A stretch of 62,858 bases of DNA, filler included, from Actinobacteria bacterium UBA7524 (GTDB lineage: Bacteria; Actinomycetota; Coriobacteriia; Anaerosomatales; UBA912): NCBI GenBank assembly GCA_002478275.1. It is 3 parts of 3 records of this genome, joined end to end, with 100 filler letters (N's around TTAATTAATTAA, not from the genome) between each part and the next. Parts side by side here need not be neighbours in the genome. Positions count along the whole stretch, not along the records: positions 39,758 to 62,858 come from DLMY01000042.1; 2 more parts are not named here. One strand, given 5' to 3'. The notes under the pieces were generated by a model. It saw only the letters and a list, made by a program, of their open reading frames with translations. It made no database searches and had not been told where the DNA came from. Position numbers and translations under genes: made by a program. Shown here piece after piece: positions 50,442 to 60,178 of the stretch (position 1 is the stretch's first letter; every line of letters starts with the position of its first letter).

Positions 50442-50924
50442 GTGGCCGTCACCCAGGAGAGCCGGCAGTTCGTCCTCTTCCGTCTCGGTGACGAGGAGTA
50501 CGGCCTGCCGATCCTCTCTGTCCGGTGTGTCATCTGCTACATGGAGCCGACGCCCGTGCCGCTTGCGCCCAGGGGTATCGAGGGCGTGATCGACCTGCGT
50601 GGCCAGCTCATCCCCGTCGTGGACATCTCTATGCGGCTGCTCGCCCGTGAGTTCGAGCCCGAACCGAGATCCCGGATCGTGGTAGCCGAAGGTGATTCTG
50701 GTCTTGTCGGGCTCGCGGTCGATTCTGCGGGCGAGGTCGTTAGTATCCTTGCGAGCGATATCCGGCCCGCGTCGAAGGAGACGCTGCCTGTCGCGGCGGC
50801 CGAGGCCTACGAGGGAGTCGCCAGTATCGAGGACCGGTTCATCCTCCTCCTTGATCCGGCGAAGGCCCTGCTGGAGACCGAGTTCATGCCCCCCGTGGCC
50901 GAGGACGGGGACGGGGACAACTAG
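50442..50924 (+). CDS. cheW: Chemotaxis coupling protein CheW
   Basis: FVLFRLGDEEYGL, TPVP.AP..IEGVIDLRGQLIPVVD, VGLAVD. Confidence 0.92.
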   Translation: MAVTQESRQFVLFRLGDEEYGLPILSVRCVICYMEPTPVPLAPRGIEGVIDLRGQLIPVVDISMRLLAREFEPEPRSRIVVAEGDSGLVGLAVDSAGEVVSILASDIRPASKETLPVAAAEAYEGVASIEDRFILLLDPAKALLETEFMPPVAEDGDGDN

Positions 50925-50991
50925 CCCGTCGGTGATGCTCGTCGAGCGCGCCTCAGCCGTCAACGCGTGCTCAACGGAGCCGGAATGCGAA

Positions 50992-51021
50992 GCGCAGGCC
51001 GTCGCCTGGCCCGGCCTGCGC
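50992..51021. terminator. GC-rich hairpin between the convergent cheW gene and mrp operon
   Basis: GCGCAGGCCG...CGGCCTGCGC inverted repeat. Confidence 0.5.
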
Positions 51022-51149
51022 AGCTCNNNNNNNNNNNNNNNNNNNNNNNNNNNNNNNNNNNNNNNNNNNNNNNNNNNNNNNNNNNNNNNNNNNNNNNNNN
51101 NNNNNNNNNNNNNNNNNNNNNNNNNNNNNNNGGCCTGCGCAGCTCGAGT

Positions 51150-53774
51150 TCAGCGGTTCCCCGCCAGCGCGACAAGGAATGCCAGCAGCACGACGACGAG
51201 CACCGCGACGTTGAAGCTCATGTCGCGCGCGTACCTTTGGATCTGACGGCGCGTGAGCGCGACGCTGCCCGTGTCCACATGATCCGCCATCATCCAAGTG
51301 ACACGCTCCTGGGTCACCGCCTGGACGATGAGCCGCGCCATGTCCGCCGCCCACTTGCCGGTCTGCTCCAGCGTCCCGAGTCCTCTGTCCCGCAGGTCGC
51401 CTACCGCAGCGGCGGACGGGAGCGCCTCCCTGATAGGCCTCGCCGTGCGGTGCGCGCACGGCATCGCTGAGTCCAACCTGCGGTCGAAGCGCTCTTCGCT
51501 CATGACGCGGTTCGTCGCGGCAGACGTCTCGCGCAGTACGTTCTCGCCCTCGATGCGCCGCCGCGCCAGATCGATGGCGGTCTCCGCCACCGGTTTGCGG
51601 AAGGCCCCGAGCTCGCCCGCGATCCTCGCGAACGCGTAGCGCACGTCGTCGGACCTGCTGACGTGAAGCGTGTCGGACAGCACGCCCATGCGCTCCTTGA
51701 ACAGTCGCATCGCCGTGTACGACGAGATGTCCCGGACCGCGTCGATCATCGCACGCCGGTGCTCCTGATCCGTGTCGGCATGTTCCCGCAGCCGCCGGAT
51801 CGCGGCGTCTATCGCATAGTGCACCGTCGCTTGACGCTCGCGTTCCAGCGCGACGTAGGCCTCCTGGATGACGTACTGAGCGTGCAGTCCCGTCGCGCCT
51901 GTGAATAGCGTCACCGTGAACCGCCGCCAGGCGCGGTCCGCATGATCCGTCTCCGCGTGGTACGCGACCCCAAGCCGCCGCAGACCGCGGGAGTCCAACT
52001 GGCGCAAAGCCTCGTAGCCCTCGGCGACGGCCTCGCACGCGGTCACGAGTCCAATGGCTCCCCGGCGGTACCAGTGGTCGACGCCGAACCACTCCGGTGC
52101 CTTGAGCCGGAACAGCCCCCACCTCATGCCGAGGAAGAAGACCGCGAAGCCGATGGCGAACGCCCAGACGACCGACATCAGATCCGCATAGCTCAGGAAG
52201 TAGACGTCAAGGAAGTGTTCGAGGATCTCGGATTCCAGCCCCCACGTGTGGAGGCCAGGTTCGAAGACGCCCTTGAGAAGCAGGTCCGGACGCCAGCCCA
52301 GCACGATGATGGGGACCGACAGGAGCCCCATCGCCCCGAGCATGCGCGGAGAGGCGTCCCTGACCTCCGGTCCGTACTCGGCCTTCGGCTTGCCGAGGAA
52401 CACGAGACCGATGAGCTTGATGAAGGAGCAGGCGGTGCCCCCGCACGTGATCATGTAGATCTTCTCCGCGACGCCGAGCGACCACACCTCGTGAAGCTCC
52501 CATGCCTCAACGATCGCGTGGTGGACGAGGCACTTGCTCACGAAGCCATTAAACAGGGGCACTCCTGTGATACCGGCGGCGGCGATGGCGGTGAACAGGA
52601 ACGTCAGGGGCATCTTCTTCCACAGCCCGCCGAGCTTGTACATGTCGAGCGAGGCGGTGCGCACGTACACCGCTCCGACGCCGAGGAACAGCGCCGCCTT
52701 GAACAGCGCATGGTTGACGATGTGGTAGAGGCCGCCCGCGTAGCCCATCGCACCCTCGGCGCCCAGGTAGCCCGCCGCGCCGATGCCGGCGAGGATGAAC
52801 CCCATCTGACTCACGCTGTGGTACGCGAGCATGCGCTTGGCGTCGTGCTGGCCCAGCGCCAGCACGACGCCGATGAACATCGTCGCGATGCCCGCCCACA
52901 ACACCACCAGCCCGATCTGGCTGCTGAAGTGCCACAGCGTCTCCTCGATGTGCTCCCAGACCTCGGGACGGAAGAGCGCAGTGACCGTGCGGAAGATGCC
53001 GTAGGCCCCGGCCTTGATCATCACCCCCGACAGCAGCGCACTCGCCGGGGACGGCGCGACCGGGTGAGCGTCGGGAAGCCACACATGCACCGGCAGCATG
53101 CCGGCCTTCACCCCGAACCCCAACAGCAGCAGCACGAAGGCCGCCCACCGCAACGTCTCCGCGCCATGCTCAGCGGGAAACGGTCCGATCGCGCCGGTCC
53201 CCCCGAGCGCGTACGTGAGGAAGATGCCGCCGATCAGGAGGAAGCCGCCGATCGGCGTCATCCAGAAATACTTGATCGACGCCCGCTTCGCGTCGTCCGT
53301 CTCGGTATGGATCACGAACAGGAACGCGACCAGCCCCAGCGCTTCGAAGAACAGGTAGAGCGTGATGAGATCGCCCGCGAGCACCACGCCCAGCATCGCC
53401 GCGAGCACCACGAGGTTCGTCACGTGGTACCGGTCGCGGGCGTGCTCGTGCTTCAGGTAGTCGATCGCGTACAGGGTCGAGCAGAACCACACGAAGGTGG
53501 TGAACAGAGCGAACAGCATGCTGAAGGAGTCGACGGTGAAGACCAGCCGGCCCACGAGTCCCGGGATCTCGCACGTGACTCGCCGCTCTGTCGCGATGAG
53601 CGGGATGAGCGCCGTCGCGCCAAGCAGCGCCACACCCGTGGCGACGACCACGAACGCGTTGCGGATCGACTCCCGCCAGCGGCCGAGCGGCACGACGAAC
53701 AGTGCCGCGACGAGCGGCCACAGCACGAGCAGCGCCGGCAGCGGGCTGTATGCGAGGTGCGCGCCCTCCTCCAT
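51150..53774 (-). CDS. MrpD/NuoL-N-like antiporter subunit with ~310-aa C-terminal extension
   Basis: FFE, GVKAG...WLPDAHPVAPSP, AYHSVSQMG, NHALFK, GFVSK; followed by a hydrophilic helical tail and a terminal TM. Confidence 0.9.
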   Translation of the reverse strand: MEEGAHLAYSPLPALLVLWPLVAALFVVPLGRWRESIRNAFVVVATGVALLGATALIPLIATERRVTCEIPGLVGRLVFTVDSFSMLFALFTTFVWFCSTLYAIDYLKHEHARDRYHVTNLVVLAAMLGVVLAGDLITLYLFFEALGLVAFLFVIHTETDDAKRASIKYFWMTPIGGFLLIGGIFLTYALGGTGAIGPFPAEHGAETLRWAAFVLLLLGFGVKAGMLPVHVWLPDAHPVAPSPASALLSGVMIKAGAYGIFRTVTALFRPEVWEHIEETLWHFSSQIGLVVLWAGIATMFIGVVLALGQHDAKRMLAYHSVSQMGFILAGIGAAGYLGAEGAMGYAGGLYHIVNHALFKAALFLGVGAVYVRTASLDMYKLGGLWKKMPLTFLFTAIAAAGITGVPLFNGFVSKCLVHHAIVEAWELHEVWSLGVAEKIYMITCGGTACSFIKLIGLVFLGKPKAEYGPEVRDASPRMLGAMGLLSVPIIVLGWRPDLLLKGVFEPGLHTWGLESEILEHFLDVYFLSYADLMSVVWAFAIGFAVFFLGMRWGLFRLKAPEWFGVDHWYRRGAIGLVTACEAVAEGYEALRQLDSRGLRRLGVAYHAETDHADRAWRRFTVTLFTGATGLHAQYVIQEAYVALERERQATVHYAIDAAIRRLREHADTDQEHRRAMIDAVRDISSYTAMRLFKERMGVLSDTLHVSRSDDVRYAFARIAGELGAFRKPVAETAIDLARRRIEGENVLRETSAATNRVMSEERFDRRLDSAMPCAHRTARPIREALPSAAAVGDLRDRGLGTLEQTGKWAADMARLIVQAVTQERVTWMMADHVDTGSVALTRRQIQRYARDMSFNVAVLVVVLLAFLVALAGNR

Positions 53775-53783
53775 CGTCTCCCC

Positions 53784-55283
53784 CTAGCGGAAGAACCCCG
53801 TCGCGGTGAGCCGCGCGAGAGAAACGGGCAGCCCAGGCACCGCCGCAGCGAGACCGAGGACGATCGTGAGGCTCGCCGCGACGATGGTGGGCACCAACAT
53901 CGACGCCGGAGCCTCCCGCTGCTCGGAGCGCTCGTCGACGTCGGCCGTCGCGGGAGGCGCTTTGAAGTACGCCACGTACACGATCGGCAGCAGGTACACC
54001 GCCGCCAGCAGCGCGCCGCCCAACAGGATGACGAGGTAGAGCGGCTGGTCGGCTTCGAGCATCCCGAGCCCCAGGTACCACTTACTCACGAAGCCCGATA
54101 GCGGCGGGGTACCGATCATCCCGAGCGCGGCTATGGCGAAGGCGCCCATGGTCCACGGCATGCGGCGGGCCGTCCCGTTCATCTGACTCACGTTCGTCAC
54201 ACACGCGCGCTTGATGAGCAGGCCCGCGCACAGGAACAGCGTGCCCTTCATGAACGCGTGGTTCGCGATATGCACGAGCGCACCCGTGGTCGCCAGCGGC
54301 CCGAGAAGCGCCACTCCGAGGGTGACGTACCCCATCTGACTGATGGTCGAGTACGCCAGGCGGCGCTTGAGGTTGTCCTGCCTGACCGCCAGGATCGCGG
54401 CGAACACGACGGTGAAGGCAGCGATGCCCGCCAGGTACGGCATGACACCCAACTCGCGGAGCAGCTTCACGCCGAACACGTTGAAGACCACACGCATGAT
54501 GCCGAACGATCCGGCGGCGACCATCACGCCGGACAGCACCGCGGAGAACGGCGCCGGCGCAGCCGGGTGAGCGTCCGGGACCCATCCGTGGAGCGGGAAC
54601 AAGGCGGCCTTCACGCCGAACCCGACGATGAAGCACCAGAACACGGCGAGCAGCGGAGTGCGCCCTTTCTCGAGGGACAGGAGCCCCGTCGCGGTCAGCG
54701 TCTGGTCCCCGGCGAGGAAGAACGTGGACACGACGGCGAGCAGCACCAAGCTGCCGCCGATGAGGATGTAGATGACGTACTTGGCGCCGGCCGCCATGGC
54801 CTCCGGAGTCTCCTCGTGCACCACGAGCGGATACGTGAGGATGGAGAAGAGCTCGTAGAAGATGAGGAACGTCAGCAGGTTGCCGGCGTACGCGACACCG
54901 AGCGTCCACCCCAGAGCAAGCATGAAGAACGTGTAGTAGCGACCCCGCCGGTGCTCGTCCGCCATGTAGCCCGCCGAGTACACGAGAGCCAGGAACCACA
55001 GGACGCTGATCGTCGTCCCGAACAGGGCGCCCATCGCGTCCACCCGCATGAACATCCAGATCGAGGGCGTAAGACGCAACACATGCGTCTCGTAGATCTT
55101 GCCGGCCAGCACCCCCGGGATGAAGCTCATCGAGAGTGCCGCGGTCACCGCACACGCCAAACCCAGCCCCAGCGCGCGTGCCTTAGGAGATGTCCTCGTG
55201 AGCGGGACCACGGCAATCGCGCCGAGGATCGGCAGCAGGAACATCGCAGGCGTGACGAGCGATGTCGTCAGCTGGCTTTCCAC
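53784..55283 (-). CDS. MrpD-like antiporter subunit
   Basis: FYE, GVKAA...WVPDAHPAAP, LAYSTISQ, NHAFMK, GFVSKW. Confidence 0.92.
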   Translation of the reverse strand: MESQLTTSLVTPAMFLLPILGAIAVVPLTRTSPKARALGLGLACAVTAALSMSFIPGVLAGKIYETHVLRLTPSIWMFMRVDAMGALFGTTISVLWFLALVYSAGYMADEHRRGRYYTFFMLALGWTLGVAYAGNLLTFLIFYELFSILTYPLVVHEETPEAMAAGAKYVIYILIGGSLVLLAVVSTFFLAGDQTLTATGLLSLEKGRTPLLAVFWCFIVGFGVKAALFPLHGWVPDAHPAAPAPFSAVLSGVMVAAGSFGIMRVVFNVFGVKLLRELGVMPYLAGIAAFTVVFAAILAVRQDNLKRRLAYSTISQMGYVTLGVALLGPLATTGALVHIANHAFMKGTLFLCAGLLIKRACVTNVSQMNGTARRMPWTMGAFAIAALGMIGTPPLSGFVSKWYLGLGMLEADQPLYLVILLGGALLAAVYLLPIVYVAYFKAPPATADVDERSEQREAPASMLVPTIVAASLTIVLGLAAAVPGLPVSLARLTATGFFR

Positions 55284-55298
55284 GGCGATCGACCCCCT

Positions 55299-56774
55299 CT
55301 ACATTCCAAAGACGAATCGGACGGCTGCGCGCGCCACTGAGAACGGCATGAGCGGGACCTGCGCCGTCGTGCCGAGCAGGATCACGTACGCGGCACAGAT
55401 GAGGGTGGGGATGAGGAGCGTGGGCCGTGCCTCCTCCACATGCATCTTGGTGCCCGGCGGCACCTTGAAGTACGCCATGTACACGATCGGGAGCCAGTAC
55501 CCCGCGTTGAGCAGCGAACTCGCTATGAGCACGATCAGGAACGGCCACGCGCCCGCCTCGAGCGTGCCGAGCGCGAGGTACCACTTCGTCACGAAGCCCG
55601 CGAAGAGCGGCACGCCTATGAAGCTGAGAGCCGCGACCGTGAACGCGCCCATGGTCCATGGCATCCTGTAGCCGATCCCTTGGAACTCATGGATGTGCGT
55701 CTTCCCCGTGGTCCGCTGGATCGCGCCCGCGACGAAGAACATCGTTATCTTGGCGAACGCCTGGTTGGCGATGTGGGCGATCGCGGCGGTCGCCGCCGCG
55801 GGGTTGAGCATCGACGCGCCCAGCACGATGTAGGACAGCTGGCTGATCGTCGAGTACGCGAGTCGCCGCTTCAAGTGGTCCTGGAACAGGGCGATGAACG
55901 AGGCGGCGATGATGGTGAACGCGGCGATCCAAGCGAGCCAATTCGTCAGCCCGAGCTCCTTGAGCAGCGCGATCCCGAACACGTTGTAGATCGTACGCAG
56001 GATGCCGAACGATCCGGCCTTCACCACGGCCACTGCGTGGAGCAGCGCGCTCACCGGAGTGGGAGCCACCATGGCTTCCGGCAGCCACCCGTGCAGGGGC
56101 ATGATGGCCGACTTCACCCCGAACCCGGCGATGAGCGCAACGAACAGCCACGTCAGCGTCTGCGTGCCCATGCTGGCGTCCAGGATGCCCGGCTTGCTCA
56201 GGGTCAGCGTCCCGGCGATCTGGAAGGTCACGATGGTGGCGATGAGCACGAACGCGCCGCCGGTGAGCGTATGTATGAGGTACTTGCGTCCCGCTCTGAA
56301 GGCCTCCGGAGTCTCCTCATGGATCACGAGCGGATACGTGGCTATGGTCAGCGCCTCGTAGAACAGGAACATCGTGAGGAGGTTCTCGGCGAAGGCGATG
56401 CCCACGGTGCACGAGAGGGACAGGGCGAAGAATCCGAAGAACCTGGACTTCTCGTGCTCGGGTTCCATGTAGCCGATGGCGTAGATGATCGTTAACACCC
56501 ACAGGGTCGATGACACGAGGGCGAAGAGCATCCCGAGCGCGTCGGCACGGAACCCTAGACCGATGCCCGGCGTGAAATCCACCAGCTTGTAGACGTAGAC
56601 GTCACCCCGCAGGGCGCCCGGCAGCATGGACATCACGACACCGAGCTTGATCACGGCCGCGCTGAGGCTCCAGAAGTTGCGCCAGAGGCGGTTCTTGCCG
56701 TACACGAACACGAGCCCCGAGCACGCGAACGAGATCGCGGGCGCCAGAAGCGGCCGTATGTCTACGACTTCCAT
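55299..56774 (-). CDS. MrpD-like antiporter subunit
   Basis: FYE, WLPEAMVAPTPVSALLHAVAVVKAG, LAYSTISQ, GFVTKW. Confidence 0.92.
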   Translation of the reverse strand: MEVVDIRPLLAPAISFACSGLVFVYGKNRLWRNFWSLSAAVIKLGVVMSMLPGALRGDVYVYKLVDFTPGIGLGFRADALGMLFALVSSTLWVLTIIYAIGYMEPEHEKSRFFGFFALSLSCTVGIAFAENLLTMFLFYEALTIATYPLVIHEETPEAFRAGRKYLIHTLTGGAFVLIATIVTFQIAGTLTLSKPGILDASMGTQTLTWLFVALIAGFGVKSAIMPLHGWLPEAMVAPTPVSALLHAVAVVKAGSFGILRTIYNVFGIALLKELGLTNWLAWIAAFTIIAASFIALFQDHLKRRLAYSTISQLSYIVLGASMLNPAAATAAIAHIANQAFAKITMFFVAGAIQRTTGKTHIHEFQGIGYRMPWTMGAFTVAALSFIGVPLFAGFVTKWYLALGTLEAGAWPFLIVLIASSLLNAGYWLPIVYMAYFKVPPGTKMHVEEARPTLLIPTLICAAYVILLGTTAQVPLMPFSVARAAVRFVFGM

Positions 56775-56775
56775 C

Positions 56776-58269
56776 TCAGCCCCCCAACGGCGCGAGCAGA
56801 CGGTGCGCGGCCGGCTCGATGAAGCTCAGCGGGATCCTGCCGAGGATGCCCATGACCAGACAAAGTGACGCTAGGATGAGCACGGGAGCGAGCATCGAGG
56901 CAGGAGCCTCGCCCACCTCCAAGAACTCGGGGTGGACTGGTTGTCGGAAGTAGAACGAGTTCACCATGCGGATGTAGTACACGAAGATGAACAGCGCCCC
57001 GAAGATCAGCGCGACACCGAAGAACGGCTGACCCGCTTCGAACGCGCCGAGCGCGATGTACCACTTGCACAGGAAGCCCGCTGTCGGCGGGATACCCACG
57101 ATCGAGATCGCTCCGACCGACAGAGCCGCCGTCGTGAGCGGCATGGCCTTGCCAACTCCGCGCAGGTCGTACAGGGTCCGGTAGCCGGTCTTGTGGATGA
57201 GGCACCCCGCGGCCAGGAACAGGGTCGCCTTGATGAGGGCGTGGTTGAAGATGTGGACACTCCCGCCGATCACGCTGTAGGGCGAGGCCAGCCCGAATCC
57301 CATGACGATGTACCCGATGTTCGAGATCGTCGAGTAGGCGAGCATCATCTTGATGTCTTCCTGGAAGATGGCGAAGAACGCCCCCATCACAATCGAGATC
57401 GCCCCGAGCCACACGAGCATCGTGTTGAGAGAGGAGAGGTCGAGGACCTTCGCTCCGTAGTAGATCTGGTACACGCGGAGTATGCCGATGAGCCCCGTCT
57501 TCACGACGAGGCCGGACAGGATCGCGCTCACCGGGCTGGGAGCGATCGCGTGCGCGTCCGGCAGCCAGATGTGGAGCGGGAACAGGGCCGCCTTGACCAT
57601 GAAGCCCACTGTCAGCCCAGCGAGCGCCATCGCGAGCGGAATCGGGCCCACCGCGCCGTCCCCGATACGCGACGAGATGTCCGCCATGTTGAGCGATCCC
57701 GTCGACGCGTAGAGCAGCCCGATGGAGAACAGCACCATCAACGACGAGATCGCTCCCATGATGAGGTACTTGAAGCCCGCCATCTCGGCCGTGCGCTCCC
57801 CGCTGATGGCGACGAGCGCGTAGCTGGACAGGGACAGGATCTCCATGAAGACGAATAAGTTGAACAGGTCTCCGGTGACGGCGAACCCGATCATCCCGGT
57901 GAAGTTCAAGAGCAGGAGCGTGTAGTAGTAGGGGATCCGCGGCTCTTCGAGCGCGTGCTCCACATACCTCTGCGAGTACAGGACCGCGAGCCAGCCCACG
58001 AGGCAGACTATGCCGATGGAGGCGCTGAACTCGTCGAAACGGAACTCGATCCCGATCGGAGACTTCCACCCGCCGAAGGGGTACGAGAACGGACCCTCCC
58101 GTGCCACCCGCAGGATCAGCATCAGCGCCGCGAACGAGGTGACCGTCATCACGCCGAGCGCCCACAGCGCGGCGACGCGGCTTCGTCCGCGACTGACCGC
58201 GGGCGTCGTGACCGCCCCCACTAGCGGGACGAGGGCGACCAGCGACAGCCACTGCGGCCAGGAGACCAT
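56776..58269 (-). CDS. mrpD: MrpD antiporter subunit
   Basis: GDLFNLFVFMEI, WLPDAHAIAPSP, SGLVVK, NHALIK, GFLCKW; follows mrpC directly. Confidence 0.9.
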   Translation of the reverse strand: MVSWPQWLSLVALVPLVGAVTTPAVSRGRSRVAALWALGVMTVTSFAALMLILRVAREGPFSYPFGGWKSPIGIEFRFDEFSASIGIVCLVGWLAVLYSQRYVEHALEEPRIPYYYTLLLLNFTGMIGFAVTGDLFNLFVFMEILSLSSYALVAISGERTAEMAGFKYLIMGAISSLMVLFSIGLLYASTGSLNMADISSRIGDGAVGPIPLAMALAGLTVGFMVKAALFPLHIWLPDAHAIAPSPVSAILSGLVVKTGLIGILRVYQIYYGAKVLDLSSLNTMLVWLGAISIVMGAFFAIFQEDIKMMLAYSTISNIGYIVMGFGLASPYSVIGGSVHIFNHALIKATLFLAAGCLIHKTGYRTLYDLRGVGKAMPLTTAALSVGAISIVGIPPTAGFLCKWYIALGAFEAGQPFFGVALIFGALFIFVYYIRMVNSFYFRQPVHPEFLEVGEAPASMLAPVLILASLCLVMGILGRIPLSFIEPAAHRLLAPLGG

Positions 58270-58622
58270 CTAGTCCATCTCCCTCAGCTCGTCGGCCTCG
58301 ATGGTCCCGCACTGCTTCCAGATGCGGATGATGAGGCTGAGGGCCAGGGCGGTGGTGCTCACGGCCACGACGATGCCGGTCAGGATAAGGCCCTGGGGTA
58401 TGGGGTTGGTGTACGGCGGCCTGGCGCCGGCTCCCATGATGGGTGCGTCCCCCCCTCGACCACCCCCATCGCGACGATGAAGGCGAAGACCGAGGTCTCC
58501 ATGATGTTGAGCCCGATGAACTTCTTGATCAGGTTGTTCTTGGCGATGACGCAGTACAGCCCGATGCAGAACAGGACGACCGAGGCGACGTAGTCGACGT
58601 TGGTCCACAGAGCCAGGAGCAT
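58270..58622 (-). pseudogene. mrpC: MrpC subunit, frameshifted at a G7 tract (58449-58455); may be a sequencing error
   Basis: The N-part MLLALW...NLIKKFIGLNIMETS...VEGG and the C-part DAPI...NPIPQGLILTGIVVAVS...ALAL are in different frames; one added G fuses them. Confidence 0.85.
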
Positions 58623-59329
58623 CAGTCGGCCTCCATAGTCTCGTAGACGGATGCGAGCACGGCCGCGCCCCCGACGCCTATTCCGATCTCTATGACCACG
58701 ATCATCGCCGTCCGCAACCAAGCGAGCGCCGGGGTCGTCGGGAAGCCGAGGTAGTAGCCGGTGAGGACCAGACCGAGGAGGCCGACGCCCACGAATGTCA
58801 GCGGTCCGGCCGCCTGCAGCCATGGCTTCGGCCCTCGCGGCAGCAAGCGCCGCGCCTCGTCACGTCCGAGAACGATGCTCACGGTGATGTAGAGCGCGCC
58901 GAGCACGGTGCCGCCTTGGAAGCCTCCGCCCGGGCTGATGTGCCCGTTGAGGATCACGTACACCGCGAATATGGCGATGAACGGCGCGAGAAGCCGCGCG
59001 ATGAAGCGCACCACCATGCTCACCGGTATCTCCGGTGCGGCGGGCTTCCGCGCTACCGCACCTGTGAGTAGCAGCACGCCGAACACGGCAGCGAGGGACG
59101 TGAAGATGACCGTGACCTCACCGTTCGTGTCGAAGCCGCGGTAGTTGAGGATCATGTCGGTCACGATGTTCTCGGCGCCGGCCTCTTCGGCGCCGTGCTC
59201 GAGGTAGTACGCCGACACGTGCGTGTAGGTCGGATTGGATGGCGAACCGTGGGGTGGCAGTCCGGCCACAGCCGCCACGAGCGGGACTGCCGCGACGATC
59301 AGGAGCACGATGACCAGGGCCTTCTTCAT
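58622..59329 (-). CDS. mrpB: MrpB/MbhE-F-like subunit
   Basis: ENIVTDMILNYRGFDTNGE and NGHISPGGGFQGG. Confidence 0.9.
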   Translation of the reverse strand: MKKALVIVLLIVAAVPLVAAVAGLPPHGSPSNPTYTHVSAYYLEHGAEEAGAENIVTDMILNYRGFDTNGEVTVIFTSLAAVFGVLLLTGAVARKPAAPEIPVSMVVRFIARLLAPFIAIFAVYVILNGHISPGGGFQGGTVLGALYITVSIVLGRDEARRLLPRGPKPWLQAAGPLTFVGVGLLGLVLTGYYLGFPTTPALAWLRTAMIVVIEIGIGVGGAAVLASVYETMEAD

Positions 59330-59568
59330 CTCTCCAGCCTCGTCGTCTTCCCTATAGCCACGAGGAATAGGATTGTGGTGATGCCCGCGCCGACCGCGGC
59401 CTCCGTCATCGCCACGTCCGGGGAGCCCCGATGCATCCACACAAGGCACATGACAAGGCTGTACGTGGAGAAGATGATGGTCGCGGCGAGGAGGTCCTTG
59501 CTGCGGACGGCCAGAAGCGCGCTGGCTATGAGCAGCGCGATGAGCGTGAGATCGAAGATGCTGCTCAC
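59326..59568 (-). CDS. DUF4040 / MrpA-C-terminal-like small subunit
   Basis: KDLLAATII...SPDVAMTEAAVGAG. Confidence 0.88.
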   Translation of the reverse strand: MSSIFDLTLIALLIASALLAVRSKDLLAATIIFSTYSLVMCLVWMHRGSPDVAMTEAAVGAGITTILFLVAIGKTTRLER

Positions 59569-59900
59569 GATCCGCCGCCCTTCGCGCCGGTCCTCTGCCA
59601 CGGGACGAGACCCGTCCGGAACGCCGCCCTCGCGAGCGCGTGTCCCGCAGTGGGGCTGCTGAGCAGCACGAGCGCTGCGAGCGCTATGATCTTGAGGCTC
59701 TCGGGGTGGAGGCGGTTGAAGATGGCGAGCGCGAGCAGGATCGATCCCGCGCCGATCGTGTCGCACTTGGTGGCGGCGTGGGTGCGGCAGTAGAAGTCCG
59801 GCAGGCGGAGTATCCCGAGGGTTCCCACCAGGAAGAAGAACGCGCCGACGCCGGCCAGCACGGCAGTGACCGCACCGATGACTGCGTCGATCCCGCTCAC
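59565..59900 (-). CDS. mrpG: MrpG subunit
   Basis: GILRLPDFYCRTHAATKCDT, PTAGHALARAA. Confidence 0.93.
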   Translation of the reverse strand: MSGIDAVIGAVTAVLAGVGAFFFLVGTLGILRLPDFYCRTHAATKCDTIGAGSILLALAIFNRLHPESLKIIALAALVLLSSPTAGHALARAAFRTGLVPWQRTGAKGGGS

Positions 59901-60172
59901 GACCAGTCACCCCGCAAGCGACCCGTCTCCAGGAAACGCGCGGCCGCCACGGTCACCACGAAGTTGAGGAGACCGTAGATGAGCGCCACGTCGAGGTAGA
60001 GGCTTCGACCGAAAATGAACGAGAGCAGTACAAGGACCACGAGAGTCTTCGTCCCGACGATGTTCACGGCGAGGATGCGGTCGGCGACAGTCGGTCCGGA
60101 GTACGCGCGCCACAGGCACAGGAACGCGTTCACCAGCAGGAAGATCGCGACGCCCCAGAAGAACGTGGTCAT
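59897..60172 (-). CDS. mrpF: MrpF subunit
   Basis: GPTVADRILAVN, YLDVALIYGLLNFV...ARF. Confidence 0.93.
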   Translation of the reverse strand: MTTFFWGVAIFLLVNAFLCLWRAYSGPTVADRILAVNIVGTKTLVVLVLLSFIFGRSLYLDVALIYGLLNFVVTVAAARFLETGRLRGDWS

Positions 60173-60178
60173 GCGACC

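Noticed and set aside
51012..51145. Direct repeat GGCCTGCGCAGCTC flanking the N gap as a possible target-site duplication
   Set aside because: Same unmerged-overlap pattern as the other scaffold gaps, located at a GC hairpin.
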